Shown in pieces: positions 8,807-17,401 of a stretch of 64,000 nt of DNA; position 1 is the first letter of the stretch; the number at the start of each line of letters is the position of its first letter. This DNA is from a phage: assembly GCA_037574385.1 (NCBI GenBank), contig GCA_037574385.1_4529.1; one strand, given 5' to 3'. A program made the translations under genes and the position numbers. The notes below the pieces were generated by a model. It made no database searches, had not been told where the DNA came from, and saw only the letters and a program-made list of their open reading frames with translations.

Positions 8807-8986
8807 TTATCCCTTCTTAAGTAAGTCGTAAAAACCACCGTTCACATGTTTAGGAGCAGAAACCCGACGAGTAGACAGACGATGACATTCAGGGCAAACA
8901 TCGTTTTCTCGTTCAGAAATCCTTTTAATTTTTTCATATTCATGACCACAATCTTCAGATTGACATTTATAGTCGTATAACGGCAT
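8807..8986 (-). CDS. small zinc-ribbon protein (59 aa)
   Basis: Not in ORF track (<60 aa); CxxxxC...CxxC (MPLYDYKCQSEDCGH...VCPECHRL); AAGGA SD; packed between neighbours with 2-nt gaps. Confidence 0.5.
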   Translation of the reverse strand: MPLYDYKCQSEDCGHEYEKIKRISERENDVCPECHRLSTRRVSAPKHVNGGFYDLLKKG

Positions 8987-8988
8987 TA

Positions 8989-9399
8989 TTATTCCTTAAA
9001 ATGTGTTTTCAACATTTGATACAAAGACCATGCCTGGTCGTTATTTTCGATAGTAATCGTCATCACCGGAAATTCGGTCAATTCATCAAGTTCTTCAGAG
9101 TCTTGCTCTTCAGACGCTTGATATGGATTTCCAACTTCATCAAAAAACTCTGCTTCACTAGTAGAGAGCCAGATAAAGTTTTCATCAAGAATATCACCAC
9201 CAGTTGCGTATCCAACCATGCCAGTAGATGTCACAATTTTAGTAGGTCGACCAAGATGGTCAACATCTAATACTTTAAATGGTTCCATGCCAAGACGTCG
9301 TGCATAAATCCCATTATCAGTGTGGTTTTTAATAAACTCTTCTTGGACACGTTTATCTTTAAATTGGTACCATGAGTTAACGCGGAATTTATTAGCCAT
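8989..9399 (-). CDS. hypothetical protein (136 aa)
   Basis: Track ORF trimmed to ATG at 9399 that overlaps the upstream stop (TAATG). Confidence 0.5.
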   Translation of the reverse strand: MANKFRVNSWYQFKDKRVQEEFIKNHTDNGIYARRLGMEPFKVLDVDHLGRPTKIVTSTGMVGYATGGDILDENFIWLSTSEAEFFDEVGNPYQASEEQDSEELDELTEFPVMTITIENNDQAWSLYQMLKTHFKE

Positions 9400-9626
9400 T
9401 AGTAAGTTTCCTTCCAATAAGTTGTACCATTTTCAGTGATTTCACGGAAGATACCATAGATAGGCATTTCATCACCGAGTTTTTCGTAAACGTAAACCAC
9501 TTCAGTGTAGCATAAAAATTCAGTCCAGTTTTTCTGTACAACAACTAAATCAGGATTAAACAGAACATCTTCAAACTCATCGATGTTTGAATCAGTAGTT
9601 ACGTTTTTAATGATTTGACGTTTCAT
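9399..9626 (-). CDS. hypothetical protein (75 aa)
   Basis: Internal ATG (MKRQ...) with AAGAGGAG SD downstream of early promoter 9655-9683. Confidence 0.5.
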   Translation of the reverse strand: MKRQIIKNVTTDSNIDEFEDVLFNPDLVVVQKNWTEFLCYTEVVYVYEKLGDEMPIYGIFREITENGTTYWKETY

Positions 9627-9654
9627 AATATTCTCCTCTTGTTTTGATAGGTCT

Positions 9655-9683
9655 ATAGTATCATAGACCATAGTTGTTGTACA
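9655..9683 (-). promoter_or_regulatory. early promoter (TGTACA-N17-TACTAT); GGTCTAT/ATAGACC inverted repeat around -10
   Basis: Minus strand TGTACAACAACTATGGTCTATGATACTATAGACCTATC. Confidence 0.5.
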
Positions 9684-10208
9684 TCATTTTAGCAAAATAA
9701 AATCAACTTGTTCTGCCAATGAACGTCTGAACATTAATTGACAACTTCCGAGGATGAAATCAGGTGCTTCATAGACCGCGATGTAGTATCCTTTAGCTTT
9801 CAAGAGTTCAACATCTACCTGGTCATCAAACCATGCATAAACCGCGTCAACACTTTCAAATCCAAAATAGAACCCTTGAGCCCAATCTTCACTCAATTCA
9901 AATGTGTGCTCAATTCTATAGTATCTTAAGATATTTTGTTCAAGGAGTTTATCTTCATTTACTGTAGGACGATTAGGGACATTATAGTTGTCGCCGTGAT
10001 GGTAGAAATTACCTGAGAGTATTCCATGTTTATCAAGGAACTCCCATGTTTCTTCAGAGTTGTCGGTGCCCGACCAACCGTAAGGTGAGCGAGGTTCTTT
10101 ATTCCAAGAGGTTTCCCAAATTCTGACGGCTTTACCGTCTTCGATGGCAATTCCTGGTAATGATTCACGTTGAGTACAAAAACTACGTTCTACGCGGTAA
10201 ACTAACAT
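9684..10208 (-). CDS. hypothetical protein (174 aa)
   Basis: ORF with AGAGGAGAA SD; early promoter 10235-10263. Confidence 0.55.
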   Translation of the reverse strand: MLVYRVERSFCTQRESLPGIAIEDGKAVRIWETSWNKEPRSPYGWSGTDNSEETWEFLDKHGILSGNFYHHGDNYNVPNRPTVNEDKLLEQNILRYYRIEHTFELSEDWAQGFYFGFESVDAVYAWFDDQVDVELLKAKGYYIAVYEAPDFILGSCQLMFRRSLAEQVDFILLK

Positions 10209-10234
10209 ATTATTCTCCTCTGGTTGATACGGTT

Positions 10235-10263
10235 ATAATATCAAAACCAGAGGAGAAGTAAAC
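10235..10263 (-). promoter_or_regulatory. early promoter (GTTTAC-N17-TATTAT) with spacer complementary to downstream SD
   Basis: Minus strand GTTTACTTCTCCTCTGGTTTTGATATTAT; spacer TTCTCCTCTGGTT pairs with AACCAGAGGAGAA at the RBS. Confidence 0.5.
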
Positions 10264-10267
10264 AACT

Positions 10268-10687
10268 TTATGCGAAAGCAGCCGGGCTATATTTTTTAAT
10301 TTGGAATTCAGGAACTACCATGAACTGACCAGCGAAAACGATGTTATAAAGCTTAACACCATCTTCTACCCAACGGTCGCTAATAAATCCGGCGATTTGC
10401 TTAGTTTTCCATGGCGTTCCATCGGTTGCCGCAGCAATAGTGAATTCGTGGTCTTTTTCAACAGAAACTGATCTGCATAGTCCCCATTTGAACGCTTTTT
10501 CTTCTGGTTCAATGAATTGGCTTGAGACGTAGCCAATGTTGCCATCAGCATCACGAACTTTAACTTGATGTGGACTAAAGAGTCCACAACTTACAGAAAG
10601 AACTTCAACCAACTTCCCAGCAACTTTAGAGCGAGAAGCAACAGATACATATACGTAATCACCAATAGAGAGATTTGCAATATTCAT
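10268..10687 (-). CDS. hypothetical protein, paralog family member (139 aa)
   Basis: C-terminal FISDRWVEDGVKLYNIVFAGQF shared with the two upstream genes; AAGGAA SD. Confidence 0.55.
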   Translation of the reverse strand: MNIANLSIGDYVYVSVASRSKVAGKLVEVLSVSCGLFSPHQVKVRDADGNIGYVSSQFIEPEEKAFKWGLCRSVSVEKDHEFTIAAATDGTPWKTKQIAGFISDRWVEDGVKLYNIVFAGQFMVVPEFQIKKYSPAAFA

Positions 10688-10696
10688 AATAATTCC

Positions 10697-11182
10697 TTAA
10701 GCTTTACGAGGAGACACATAACGAGTGATTTCGGATTCTTTAACAACTCTGAAGTCACCTAAGAATACGATATTGTATAACTTTTCACCATCTTCAACCC
10801 ATTGGTCACTAATGAAGCCACACATAGTATCAGTTTTGCTTGGATAACCGTATTCATCGATGAAGTCAAATTCTTTATCAGTCTGGAATTCAACGCCTTT
10901 GCAAAGGGCCCATTTGAACTGTACATTATGCTCTGTGGATTCAACTTTTTCTCTTGAAGCAAAAGCACTACTCACAGGCGTTTCCAAGAACTTTGCACGA
11001 ACATAAGCAAATTTGGTTTCCTGTGTCCCAAAACTAGGAATAATACGAACCTTTACCTCAGAATCTTCATCTTTAACGCCTTCTTTAAGTTGAATACTTA
11101 CAACTTCGACCAATTTTCCTGCGGCTTTAGAACGAGATTTGTTAGATACGCGAACGATTTCACCAATAATACCAAGATTCAT
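10697..11182 (-). CDS. hypothetical protein, paralog family member (161 aa)
   Basis: Track ORF trimmed to ATG (MNLGIIGE...); shares SRSKAAGKLVEV and FISDQWVEDGEKLYNIVF with 10268-10687. Confidence 0.55.
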   Translation of the reverse strand: MNLGIIGEIVRVSNKSRSKAAGKLVEVVSIQLKEGVKDEDSEVKVRIIPSFGTQETKFAYVRAKFLETPVSSAFASREKVESTEHNVQFKWALCKGVEFQTDKEFDFIDEYGYPSKTDTMCGFISDQWVEDGEKLYNIVFLGDFRVVKESEITRYVSPRKA

Positions 11183-11212
11183 AATTTCTCTCTCTTTGTT
11201 TAAATTGAATTC

Positions 11213-11241
11213 ATTATACTCCATCCATCCTTGGATGTACA
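11213..11241 (-). promoter_or_regulatory. early promoter (TGTACA-N17-TATAAT), CCAAGGATGG-spacer family
   Basis: Minus strand TGTACATCCAAGGATGGATGGAGTATAAT. Confidence 0.5.
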
Positions 11242-11244
11242 ACA

Positions 11245-11739
11245 TTAATTAAGGATATTAACCACAGCACTACGTGGAACTACACTAAAATCACCTGCAT
11301 GAACAACGTTCAGAAGTTCAACACCGTCTTCAATCCACTGGTCAGTTACCCATCCATTTACTGGACCTGCGAAAGGACGTCGAATTGAAACATATTTACA
11401 CAGCAAATCAGTAGGCTCAATAGGCTTAATCAGAGTACCGTACATACAAGCGATATCCATATCAATACAGATGTCTTTAACGGGTTCTACTTCTTCAATC
11501 AACAGTTCAAAGTCTGTGCTTGGAAGGGCGGTAGTGGAAATTGTACCATATGAATTTTTAATTTCTAAGAATAACCAAGGGCCTTCAGCTTGTTTGATGA
11601 AGTTAACAATAGTGAAACTATTGCCTTGAGTGGCACCTAAAATTTCACAAAACTTTTCGTAAGCTCGCACTGAAGCACTGTACCAGTTGATTTGTTTTTC
11701 GTCTTTCAGGATGTAAGTAGCCGTAGTATTGATATTCAT
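11245..11739 (-). CDS. hypothetical protein, paralog family member (164 aa)
   Basis: C-terminal WVTDQWIEDGVELLNVVHAGDF related to the two downstream genes; early promoter 11771-11799. Confidence 0.55.
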   Translation of the reverse strand: MNINTTATYILKDEKQINWYSASVRAYEKFCEILGATQGNSFTIVNFIKQAEGPWLFLEIKNSYGTISTTALPSTDFELLIEEVEPVKDICIDMDIACMYGTLIKPIEPTDLLCKYVSIRRPFAGPVNGWVTDQWIEDGVELLNVVHAGDFSVVPRSAVVNILN

Positions 11740-11770
11740 AATGTTTTTCCTGTTTGGTTAAGATAGAAAG

Positions 11771-11799
11771 ATTATACTCCAACCATCCTTGGTTGTAAA
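11771..11799 (-). promoter_or_regulatory. early promoter (GTTTACA-N17-TATAAT), CCAAGGATGG-spacer family
   Basis: Minus strand GTTTACAACCAAGGATGGTTGGAGTATAAT; identical core at 52583-52611 and 53601-53629. Confidence 0.55.
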
Positions 11800-11805
11800 C
11801 TGATT

Positions 11806-12483
11806 TTATCGCTGTTTTACACTTAACGGGTCAGGATTCTCAGGGACATCTTCAAGGCCAAGCGCATAACGCTGAGCATATTTTAACATCAAAATATCTT
11901 TAGCACAATCATGAATACTATCATGGGCAATGAATCCTTTTAGCGTACCCATAGGTAATGGACACATACTTAATCCTCGCGTCAACGAGTAAGCTTCGAT
12001 TGCCGTACGAATATCGCGTTGAGCCCAGAATTTAACCGGTTCTAATTTATCAGTATCAATATCTGGTTCAAGAACACCTTCATCACGATAGAGGTCACGA
12101 ATCAAATCGACCAAGATCGGGAAGTCAAAGCTCATACCACGGCACCACATCTGTGATTTCCATTGGTCAACTTTATTAGCTCGACAATAATCTAAAAAGA
12201 TTTTAATGCCTTCAAGCGTAGTGACATCGTCTTCAGACGGAGCCAGGTTTTTACGTGCTTCTGCTGATTGTTCTTTCCACCATTTCATAGTGGATTTAGC
12301 GAAAACTCGCTTCCCTTTTTGAGAAGCTAAATTAAATTTAATTCGCTTACCTCGTTGAACAAGTTCTTCAAATGTTTCAACAACTTCAGGGTCCGAATTA
12401 TATGCAATAACCGCAAGGTCAATAACAGCCGCTTTTGATGTATTGCCGAATGTTTCAAAATCTATAATAACATCAGTGCTCAT
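11806..12483 (-). CDS. dexA: exonuclease A (DnaQ/DEDD-family 3'-5' exonuclease)
   Basis: 225 aa; DEDD motif IIDFETFG at N-terminus; position immediately downstream of dda as in T4. Confidence 0.8.
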   Translation of the reverse strand: MSTDVIIDFETFGNTSKAAVIDLAVIAYNSDPEVVETFEELVQRGKRIKFNLASQKGKRVFAKSTMKWWKEQSAEARKNLAPSEDDVTTLEGIKIFLDYCRANKVDQWKSQMWCRGMSFDFPILVDLIRDLYRDEGVLEPDIDTDKLEPVKFWAQRDIRTAIEAYSLTRGLSMCPLPMGTLKGFIAHDSIHDCAKDILMLKYAQRYALGLEDVPENPDPLSVKQR

Positions 12484-12492
12484 AATTTTCTC

Positions 12493-13806
12493 TCAAATAA
12501 AATGGACGTCAAAACGACCACGAGTCGTGCCGACATACAATAACTGTTTAGCTAATTCTGAATCGGCATAATGGATACAAGGTGTATAAACAAAGGCTGT
12601 GTCAACAGACATACCCTGAGCCTTATGGAAGGTTGATACTGGTAGTGCCTTCACCTTAGTGAACATACGTTTAGCATCCCAGAATTCGCTCCATGGAGCT
12701 TTACCACCTTTATTCCAGAATTTGTATGTTTCTGCAGTCTTAGCCAAAAACAAATTGAATTTATAAAGCTCTTCTTCAGAAGAAATAACCTTTATATCTT
12801 CGCGGATGTATTCTTCATCATCCCCATATGTTTCTACTGTAAGATTCCAGTATCGTATCATATACTCGCCAGAAACACCACGTGCTTTAACGAATGTAGA
12901 CGTTTCTACAGCATCTCGAATACGAACGAATTGCCCGTTATTGAAAAGCATTTCGGTCATATTTTTGCCATCTAGCTTATATGTCTTAGTAAATGGCTCT
13001 TGTAGAACAATGACCTCGTCTTTAATAAATGGCTTTTCTGTTTCAAGAAGTTTTCGGCGAATAATTGAATTCAACTTATCCACCGACTTATTTGTGAATG
13101 CCATCATTCGATTTTCGAAAAGGTCTTCAGGAGTTTTAACGACGTTAAAATAGTTCATCATATACGATTTAAGGTCTGTATATCCATGAACACCGTGCCC
13201 ATCAACTACTTTATCATAAATCCATTTGCCATTACGAATATCGGTCGCAACATCAATAATTGGTGCATTGCTACGTTTAACTTCTGTAAGGTTGCATTGC
13301 ACGAAGTCTTTGTGAGTGAAGAAAGGACTTAGATACGCAGTTGATTCGCCGGGGTCCACTGGACGAATCTGACATCGGTCACCAATTCCAATTACTGTAC
13401 ACCATTTAGGGATACTAGCTAACATTATTTTAAACAGAGAACGGTCACACATTGACGCTTCATCAAATAACAGTACACGACACAAGGCTAAGTCGGGAAC
13501 CTTTTTCTGTTCAAATAATACGTTTTCTTCGTATGTAGTTGGGTTGATTTTAAGAATGCTATGAATAGTCGATGCTTCTTGTCCAGCAAGTTTGCTTAGA
13601 ACCTTTTTAGCAGCGTGTGTTGGTGCTGCTAAAATAATACCTGATTCTCCAGAAGAAATAAGGGCTTCAACGATGAATCTAGTAAGGGTTGTTTTACCTG
13701 TACCCGCAGGTCCATTAATAGTTACGTGATGTTTCTTTTCTTTAATAGCTTTCATAACAACGTTGAAGGCGTTTTTCTGGCCTTCAGTCAAGTCATCAAA
13801 TGTCAT
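12493..13806 (-). CDS. dda: Dda DNA helicase (SF1B)
   Basis: 437 aa; MTFDDLTEGQKNAFN..., Walker A GPAGTGKTT; near-identical stretches to recalled T4 Dda. Confidence 0.92.
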   Translation of the reverse strand: MTFDDLTEGQKNAFNVVMKAIKEKKHHVTINGPAGTGKTTLTRFIVEALISSGESGIILAAPTHAAKKVLSKLAGQEASTIHSILKINPTTYEENVLFEQKKVPDLALCRVLLFDEASMCDRSLFKIMLASIPKWCTVIGIGDRCQIRPVDPGESTAYLSPFFTHKDFVQCNLTEVKRSNAPIIDVATDIRNGKWIYDKVVDGHGVHGYTDLKSYMMNYFNVVKTPEDLFENRMMAFTNKSVDKLNSIIRRKLLETEKPFIKDEVIVLQEPFTKTYKLDGKNMTEMLFNNGQFVRIRDAVETSTFVKARGVSGEYMIRYWNLTVETYGDDEEYIREDIKVISSEEELYKFNLFLAKTAETYKFWNKGGKAPWSEFWDAKRMFTKVKALPVSTFHKAQGMSVDTAFVYTPCIHYADSELAKQLLYVGTTRGRFDVHFI

Positions 13807-14114
13807 CGTAAAGTCCCTGCAATTGGAATACTAACAATACGGCCAGTATCTAGAATTCGTTGATACAATCTTTGCGTCTCTGCATCTAGTTTAACGTGTT
13901 TCATTTCAAGCTTATTAAACCAGAACTTACGCGGAGTTTCGACCATTCTTAGAACTCCCATTTTTAAATCTGTTTTATACTGTGTTTTCAAAGTATCGAA
14001 AACTTTATCTGCAATATCCTTTCTAAAAAATACTGCAGGACGATATTCATCAAGAGGAACCGGGACAGTAAATCCTTCCATATCTCGATAAACTATTGCA
14101 TATACATAAACCAT
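13803..14114 (-). CDS. hypothetical protein (dda.1 position)
   Basis: 103-aa ORF with ATGA overlap onto dda. Confidence 0.5.
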   Translation of the reverse strand: MVYVYAIVYRDMEGFTVPVPLDEYRPAVFFRKDIADKVFDTLKTQYKTDLKMGVLRMVETPRKFWFNKLEMKHVKLDAETQRLYQRILDTGRIVSIPIAGTLR

Positions 14115-14116
14115 AA

Positions 14117-14863
14117 TTAACCTTTAACCAATTGGAATAATGATGCGCTAAGTGGTAAGCCACGTTTCAATTTTAATTTACCAATGAAACCAATCTTTTC
14201 AAAACGTTGCAAACCTTGGATAACTTTATCATATGTATCGAAAAGCGATTCAGCGTCAGTTAATTTAGTTTTAGTTTTCCAGTCAGAGCCTTTAAGAAGA
14301 ACGTTGAGTTTAGTAAGTTCATGGCCTTCTGCTTGGTGTGAACCATTAATGCGTGCTTTCAAAGCAACAATTCTAAGTTTAGATTCGTTAGATAAAGGTT
14401 GATTTTTCATCATGTTCGCCATATGCTTAACACGATTTTCACGTTTTGCTCGGATTTTTAAAATAGTACCATAAACCTTTTTAATTTGGGCCCATTTCTT
14501 CTCGTCGAGATTAAGTTTCTCTACTTTACGGACAGAAGGATTAGCGATACGTCTTGCAATGGCATCACGTTTCTCAATAAGTTCTTCTAATGTTAAATCA
14601 GAACGAGCCGTGTTATATTTTTTCTTAACTGGGATAACATTACCTTTAATGTAGCCGATATCGTTATCAAAACGTTCTAAGGATAATTTCTCACCTTCAA
14701 CAGAGTTATTGAAAGATTCACCTGAGTAAGCGCAGACCTTTTGATCAAGAATGTTTTTAAGGTAATTAAAGTCTAAGTTAAAATCCTTAGAGCGTCTCTT
14801 CGCAGAAGCTCTGGTGTGGTCAAGACGACGATTGATTTTGTTAATTTTATTATTTGATAACAT
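14117..14863 (-). CDS. hypothetical basic protein (248 aa; Srd position)
   Basis: ORF with AGAGGAAA SD and early promoter 14913-14940; Lys/Arg-rich; assignment by synteny only. Confidence 0.5.
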   Translation of the reverse strand: MLSNNKINKINRRLDHTRASAKRRSKDFNLDFNYLKNILDQKVCAYSGESFNNSVEGEKLSLERFDNDIGYIKGNVIPVKKKYNTARSDLTLEELIEKRDAIARRIANPSVRKVEKLNLDEKKWAQIKKVYGTILKIRAKRENRVKHMANMMKNQPLSNESKLRIVALKARINGSHQAEGHELTKLNVLLKGSDWKTKTKLTDAESLFDTYDKVIQGLQRFEKIGFIGKLKLKRGLPLSASLFQLVKG

Positions 14864-14912
14864 AATATTTTCCTCTGTCTTACGGACGTTAGGTCATTTA
14901 GCTGATAAGCTT

Positions 14913-14940
14913 ATAATATCATGCCCTCAGGTAGTGTACA
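14913..14940 (-). promoter_or_regulatory. early promoter (TGTACA-N16-TATTAT)
   Basis: Minus strand TGTACACTACCTGAGGGCATGATATTAT. Confidence 0.45.
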
Positions 14941-15016
14941 CTCTTTTTTTCGTAAAATGCTTTAATTTTTTATGTGTTATAATGGTTCTGAGTTCCATCC
15001 GGTTATTCCAATCCAG

Positions 15017-15625
15017 TCAGTAACTGACAATAGTCAGATTCCAGATTGTATAATTTCCATCTTGAATAATAGAATCTACACGCAGTGTAGTCCCTATAGG
15101 GAGCATAAATTCACATTCGTCAGATATAAGTCTAGCATTAGACCGTCTTGTCGCTTCAGGGAAAGCTCCATTGAACTCACAAGACGGCGCAGCCAGAATC
15201 ATATTAAGCATATGTTCACGGAAGTTGAAAGCAAATGGTGCATCTTTGATGCAGAACATATTAAATGTTCCATAAAAATTATATGAAGCAAAGTTACGTG
15301 CTACACCGAACACCGGGCTGAAGCTCATTACTCTGTCAAATTTAATAATACTACCAACGCCTTTATCATCAAGTGTGGCCATAGTTTTCTTAGAGATTCC
15401 ACGATACATTGTCTCAGGAACAGAAGACGACCAATTTCTACGAACAATTGCACTTAAATCTTGTTGGATGCTATCAGGCTTGTTTTCCATACACTGCCAC
15501 AGTATACTTTGTTCAATGTCGCTGAATTGACTATCAATTTCGTACTGCAATACATCTTGATATTCGGGGTTTTGAGCACGACGAACCATTTCTTCAATTT
15601 CACACTCGTTATACGGCATAAACAT
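15017..15625 (-). CDS. ADP-ribosyltransferase (ModA/ModB-like)
   Basis: 202 aa; ART triad candidates YRG, SFS and ECE; size and location as T4 modA/modB. Confidence 0.55.
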   Translation of the reverse strand: MFMPYNECEIEEMVRRAQNPEYQDVLQYEIDSQFSDIEQSILWQCMENKPDSIQQDLSAIVRRNWSSSVPETMYRGISKKTMATLDDKGVGSIIKFDRVMSFSPVFGVARNFASYNFYGTFNMFCIKDAPFAFNFREHMLNMILAAPSCEFNGAFPEATRRSNARLISDECEFMLPIGTTLRVDSIIQDGNYTIWNLTIVSY

Positions 15626-15653
15626 TTAGGTTTCTCCTGTGGTTGATAAAGGT

Positions 15654-15682
15654 ATAGTATCATCGTCGGTAGAGTTTGTACA
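15654..15682 (-). promoter_or_regulatory. early promoter (TGTACA-N17-TACTAT)
   Basis: Minus strand TGTACAAACTCTACCGACGATGATACTAT upstream of the ART gene. Confidence 0.45.
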
Positions 15683-15817
15683 CTAAAAATTCAACATTTT
15701 CAAATGAATGATTTTGTATAATCGAGATAAAGGGTCATATTCTAAGTCTTCAATTTCCACAATCTCAAATCTAGAGATACTTGAGACCATGTACTCTTGT
15801 TCAGATTGACATGTCAT
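15683..15817 (-). CDS. hypothetical small protein (44 aa)
   Basis: Not in track; ATG with GGAGG SD 8 nt upstream, downstream of early promoter 15845-15873. Confidence 0.35.
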   Translation of the reverse strand: MTCQSEQEYMVSSISRFEIVEIEDLEYDPLSRLYKIIHLKMLNF

Positions 15818-15844
15818 GATAGACCTCCATTTAAAGATAAGCCT

Positions 15845-15873
15845 ATCATAACACGAGAGGAGGGAATGTAAAC
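15845..15873 (-). promoter_or_regulatory. early promoter (GTTTAC-N17-TATGAT)
   Basis: Minus strand GTTTACATTCCCTCCTCTCGTGTTATGAT. Confidence 0.4.
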
Positions 15874-16037
15874 TACTTTTTAAGCTTTCCGACTAAAGGT
15901 CCATCAGGGCCAGGTTGTTCTAACATGAATGGTGATGCTTTAAGAAGCAATGCCAACCCTTTCACCATTCGATACCATATCTCAAAGTCCTTTTTCTTGG
16001 TTTCCACTAAGAATTGCTCTTTCAAATGCTCTTTCAT
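15873..16037 (-). CDS. hypothetical small protein (54 aa)
   Basis: Not in track; ATG overlaps the stop of the upstream gene (ATGA). Confidence 0.35.
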   Translation of the reverse strand: MKEHLKEQFLVETKKKDFEIWYRMVKGLALLLKASPFMLEQPGPDGPLVGKLKK

Positions 16038-16225
16038 TTCCAAGGACTCCACGGTGGTGGGTCGTCATAATAAGAGGCAAGGTCTTTCAGGGCTTCAACA
16101 GGTAAACTAAAGCCATGTCGTTGTATAATACTATCTAGTTCATCAACAAGTTCACTACGATGCACTTTAGGAGCCTCAACTTCAGGCTCATCAAACATAC
16201 TCATCAAGTCCATATTATTCACCAA
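16034..16225 (-). CDS. hypothetical protein (63 aa)
   Basis: ORF in tight operon context. Confidence 0.45.
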   Translation of the reverse strand: MVNNMDLMSMFDEPEVEAPKVHRSELVDELDSIIQRHGFSLPVEALKDLASYYDDPPPWSPWK

Positions 16226-16679
16226 GATAAAAACTAGCCGGTTCAGAGAATGTTTCTAGTGCTACACCTTTTGTCTTAAAAAATTTCCAAATAGCTCGTT
16301 GCAAATGGGTTAAATCTGCTAATGATGTAATAAAGTATTTTTTGGCAAAATACTTATGGTCTCGCTTTTCAAACAGGTCTAAACGCTTTTCAGGATTCAC
16401 ATAAACGGCATTTTCTGTAGATTCATACCCTAAATCCTTTATGCCTTCTTCAAGACTAAACGGAGAATTTTTAGAATGAGTAATAGCTCCAACTCGCTCT
16501 ACACGAATTTTGTAACCTTTAGGAATCTGCAATTTGCAGAATTCTTCTACGATATATTGCGGATTATTTAGACTTTTGTTAATGAGAATAGCTATTTCTA
16601 GCGGAGTCTTATCTTCTACTGGTATATGTTTAAACGACTTGGCTTCAAGCAAATACATTTTAAATAGCATAGCATCCAT
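16215..16679 (-). CDS. hypothetical protein (154 aa)
   Basis: ORF; start overlaps the upstream stop. Confidence 0.5.
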   Translation of the reverse strand: MDAMLFKMYLLEAKSFKHIPVEDKTPLEIAILINKSLNNPQYIVEEFCKLQIPKGYKIRVERVGAITHSKNSPFSLEEGIKDLGYESTENAVYVNPEKRLDLFEKRDHKYFAKKYFITSLADLTHLQRAIWKFFKTKGVALETFSEPASFYLGE

Positions 16680-16858
16680 TATAATTTCCTCAATGGTTCA
16701 CCCATATAAAGTTTTACAATACGTTCGCCTTCATCTTCGACGAGCTTTTCTTCATGTTTCTGGAATTCTTTAGCCATATTCTCTTCAAGAACATCCAGCC
16801 AATCTTCTGGACCGACTCCATCATTCAAGCTTTTAAACCATTTTACTATTCTGTTCAT
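16679..16858 (-). CDS. hypothetical protein (59 aa)
   Basis: Track ORF trimmed to ATG forming ATGA overlap with the upstream stop. Confidence 0.45.
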   Translation of the reverse strand: MNRIVKWFKSLNDGVGPEDWLDVLEENMAKEFQKHEEKLVEDEGERIVKLYMGEPLRKL

Positions 16859-17055
16859 TCGCAGCTCCCTGAGCTTGAACCACAATCAGAATAACTTGAC
16901 CCAGAATCACCAGGCCAAGACGATACGTATGAATGATTATAACTTGAAGAGCTTGAAGCATTAACCTGTTTTGTTTTTGGACGAATAACTTCTTCCATCA
17001 TTCCGTCACCGATATATTCCCAACTTTTTTCGTGTGTATCAGGAATAGGCATCAT
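16855..17055 (-). CDS. hypothetical Ser-rich small protein (66 aa)
   Basis: Track ORF trimmed to ATGATG with GAAGGT SD; C-terminal SSSSSYNHSYVSS...SGSSYSDCGSSSGSCE. Confidence 0.4.
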   Translation of the reverse strand: MMPIPDTHEKSWEYIGDGMMEEVIRPKTKQVNASSSSSYNHSYVSSWPGDSGSSYSDCGSSSGSCE

Positions 17056-17068
17056 ACCTTCGCCTGGT

Positions 17069-17296
17069 TTAACAGCAAATAACTTCTTCAGTATCGTAAG
17101 CATTAATTGTTCCTCGAACAAAACGAACACCACCATCATCCCAACGGATTTCGGCATTAAATTTGACGTCTTCACCATCCATCATGAATGAGTGTACGAC
17201 TACATCATCGTAATATCCAAGACCGTATTTCAACGAAACTTCTTGAGCAATCAAAGCACCTAATGTGTTATTAGGTTTAATCCAACGATTTAACAT
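17069..17296 (-). CDS. hypothetical protein (75 aa)
   Basis: AAGAGGAGAA SD; early promoter 17325-17355. Confidence 0.5.
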   Translation of the reverse strand: MLNRWIKPNNTLGALIAQEVSLKYGLGYYDDVVVHSFMMDGEDVKFNAEIRWDDGGVRFVRGTINAYDTEEVICC

Positions 17297-17324
17297 ATTG
17301 TTCTCCTCTTGAGTAGGTAAGAAT

Positions 17325-17355
17325 ATCTTAACACAGTTTTTAGTGGTTGTAAACT
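17325..17355 (-). promoter_or_regulatory. early promoter (GTTTACA-N17-TAAGAT)
   Basis: Minus strand GTTTACAACCACTAAAAACTGTGTTAAGAT. Confidence 0.4.
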
Positions 17356-17364
17356 CTAGAAACG

Positions 17365-17393
17365 AAAAAAAAAAGGAATCCCGAAGGATTCCT
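17365..17393 (-). terminator. intrinsic terminator after soc
   Basis: Minus strand AGGAATCC-TTCG-GGATTCCT followed by nine T. Confidence 0.65.
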
Positions 17394-17401
17394 TAAATTA
17401 T

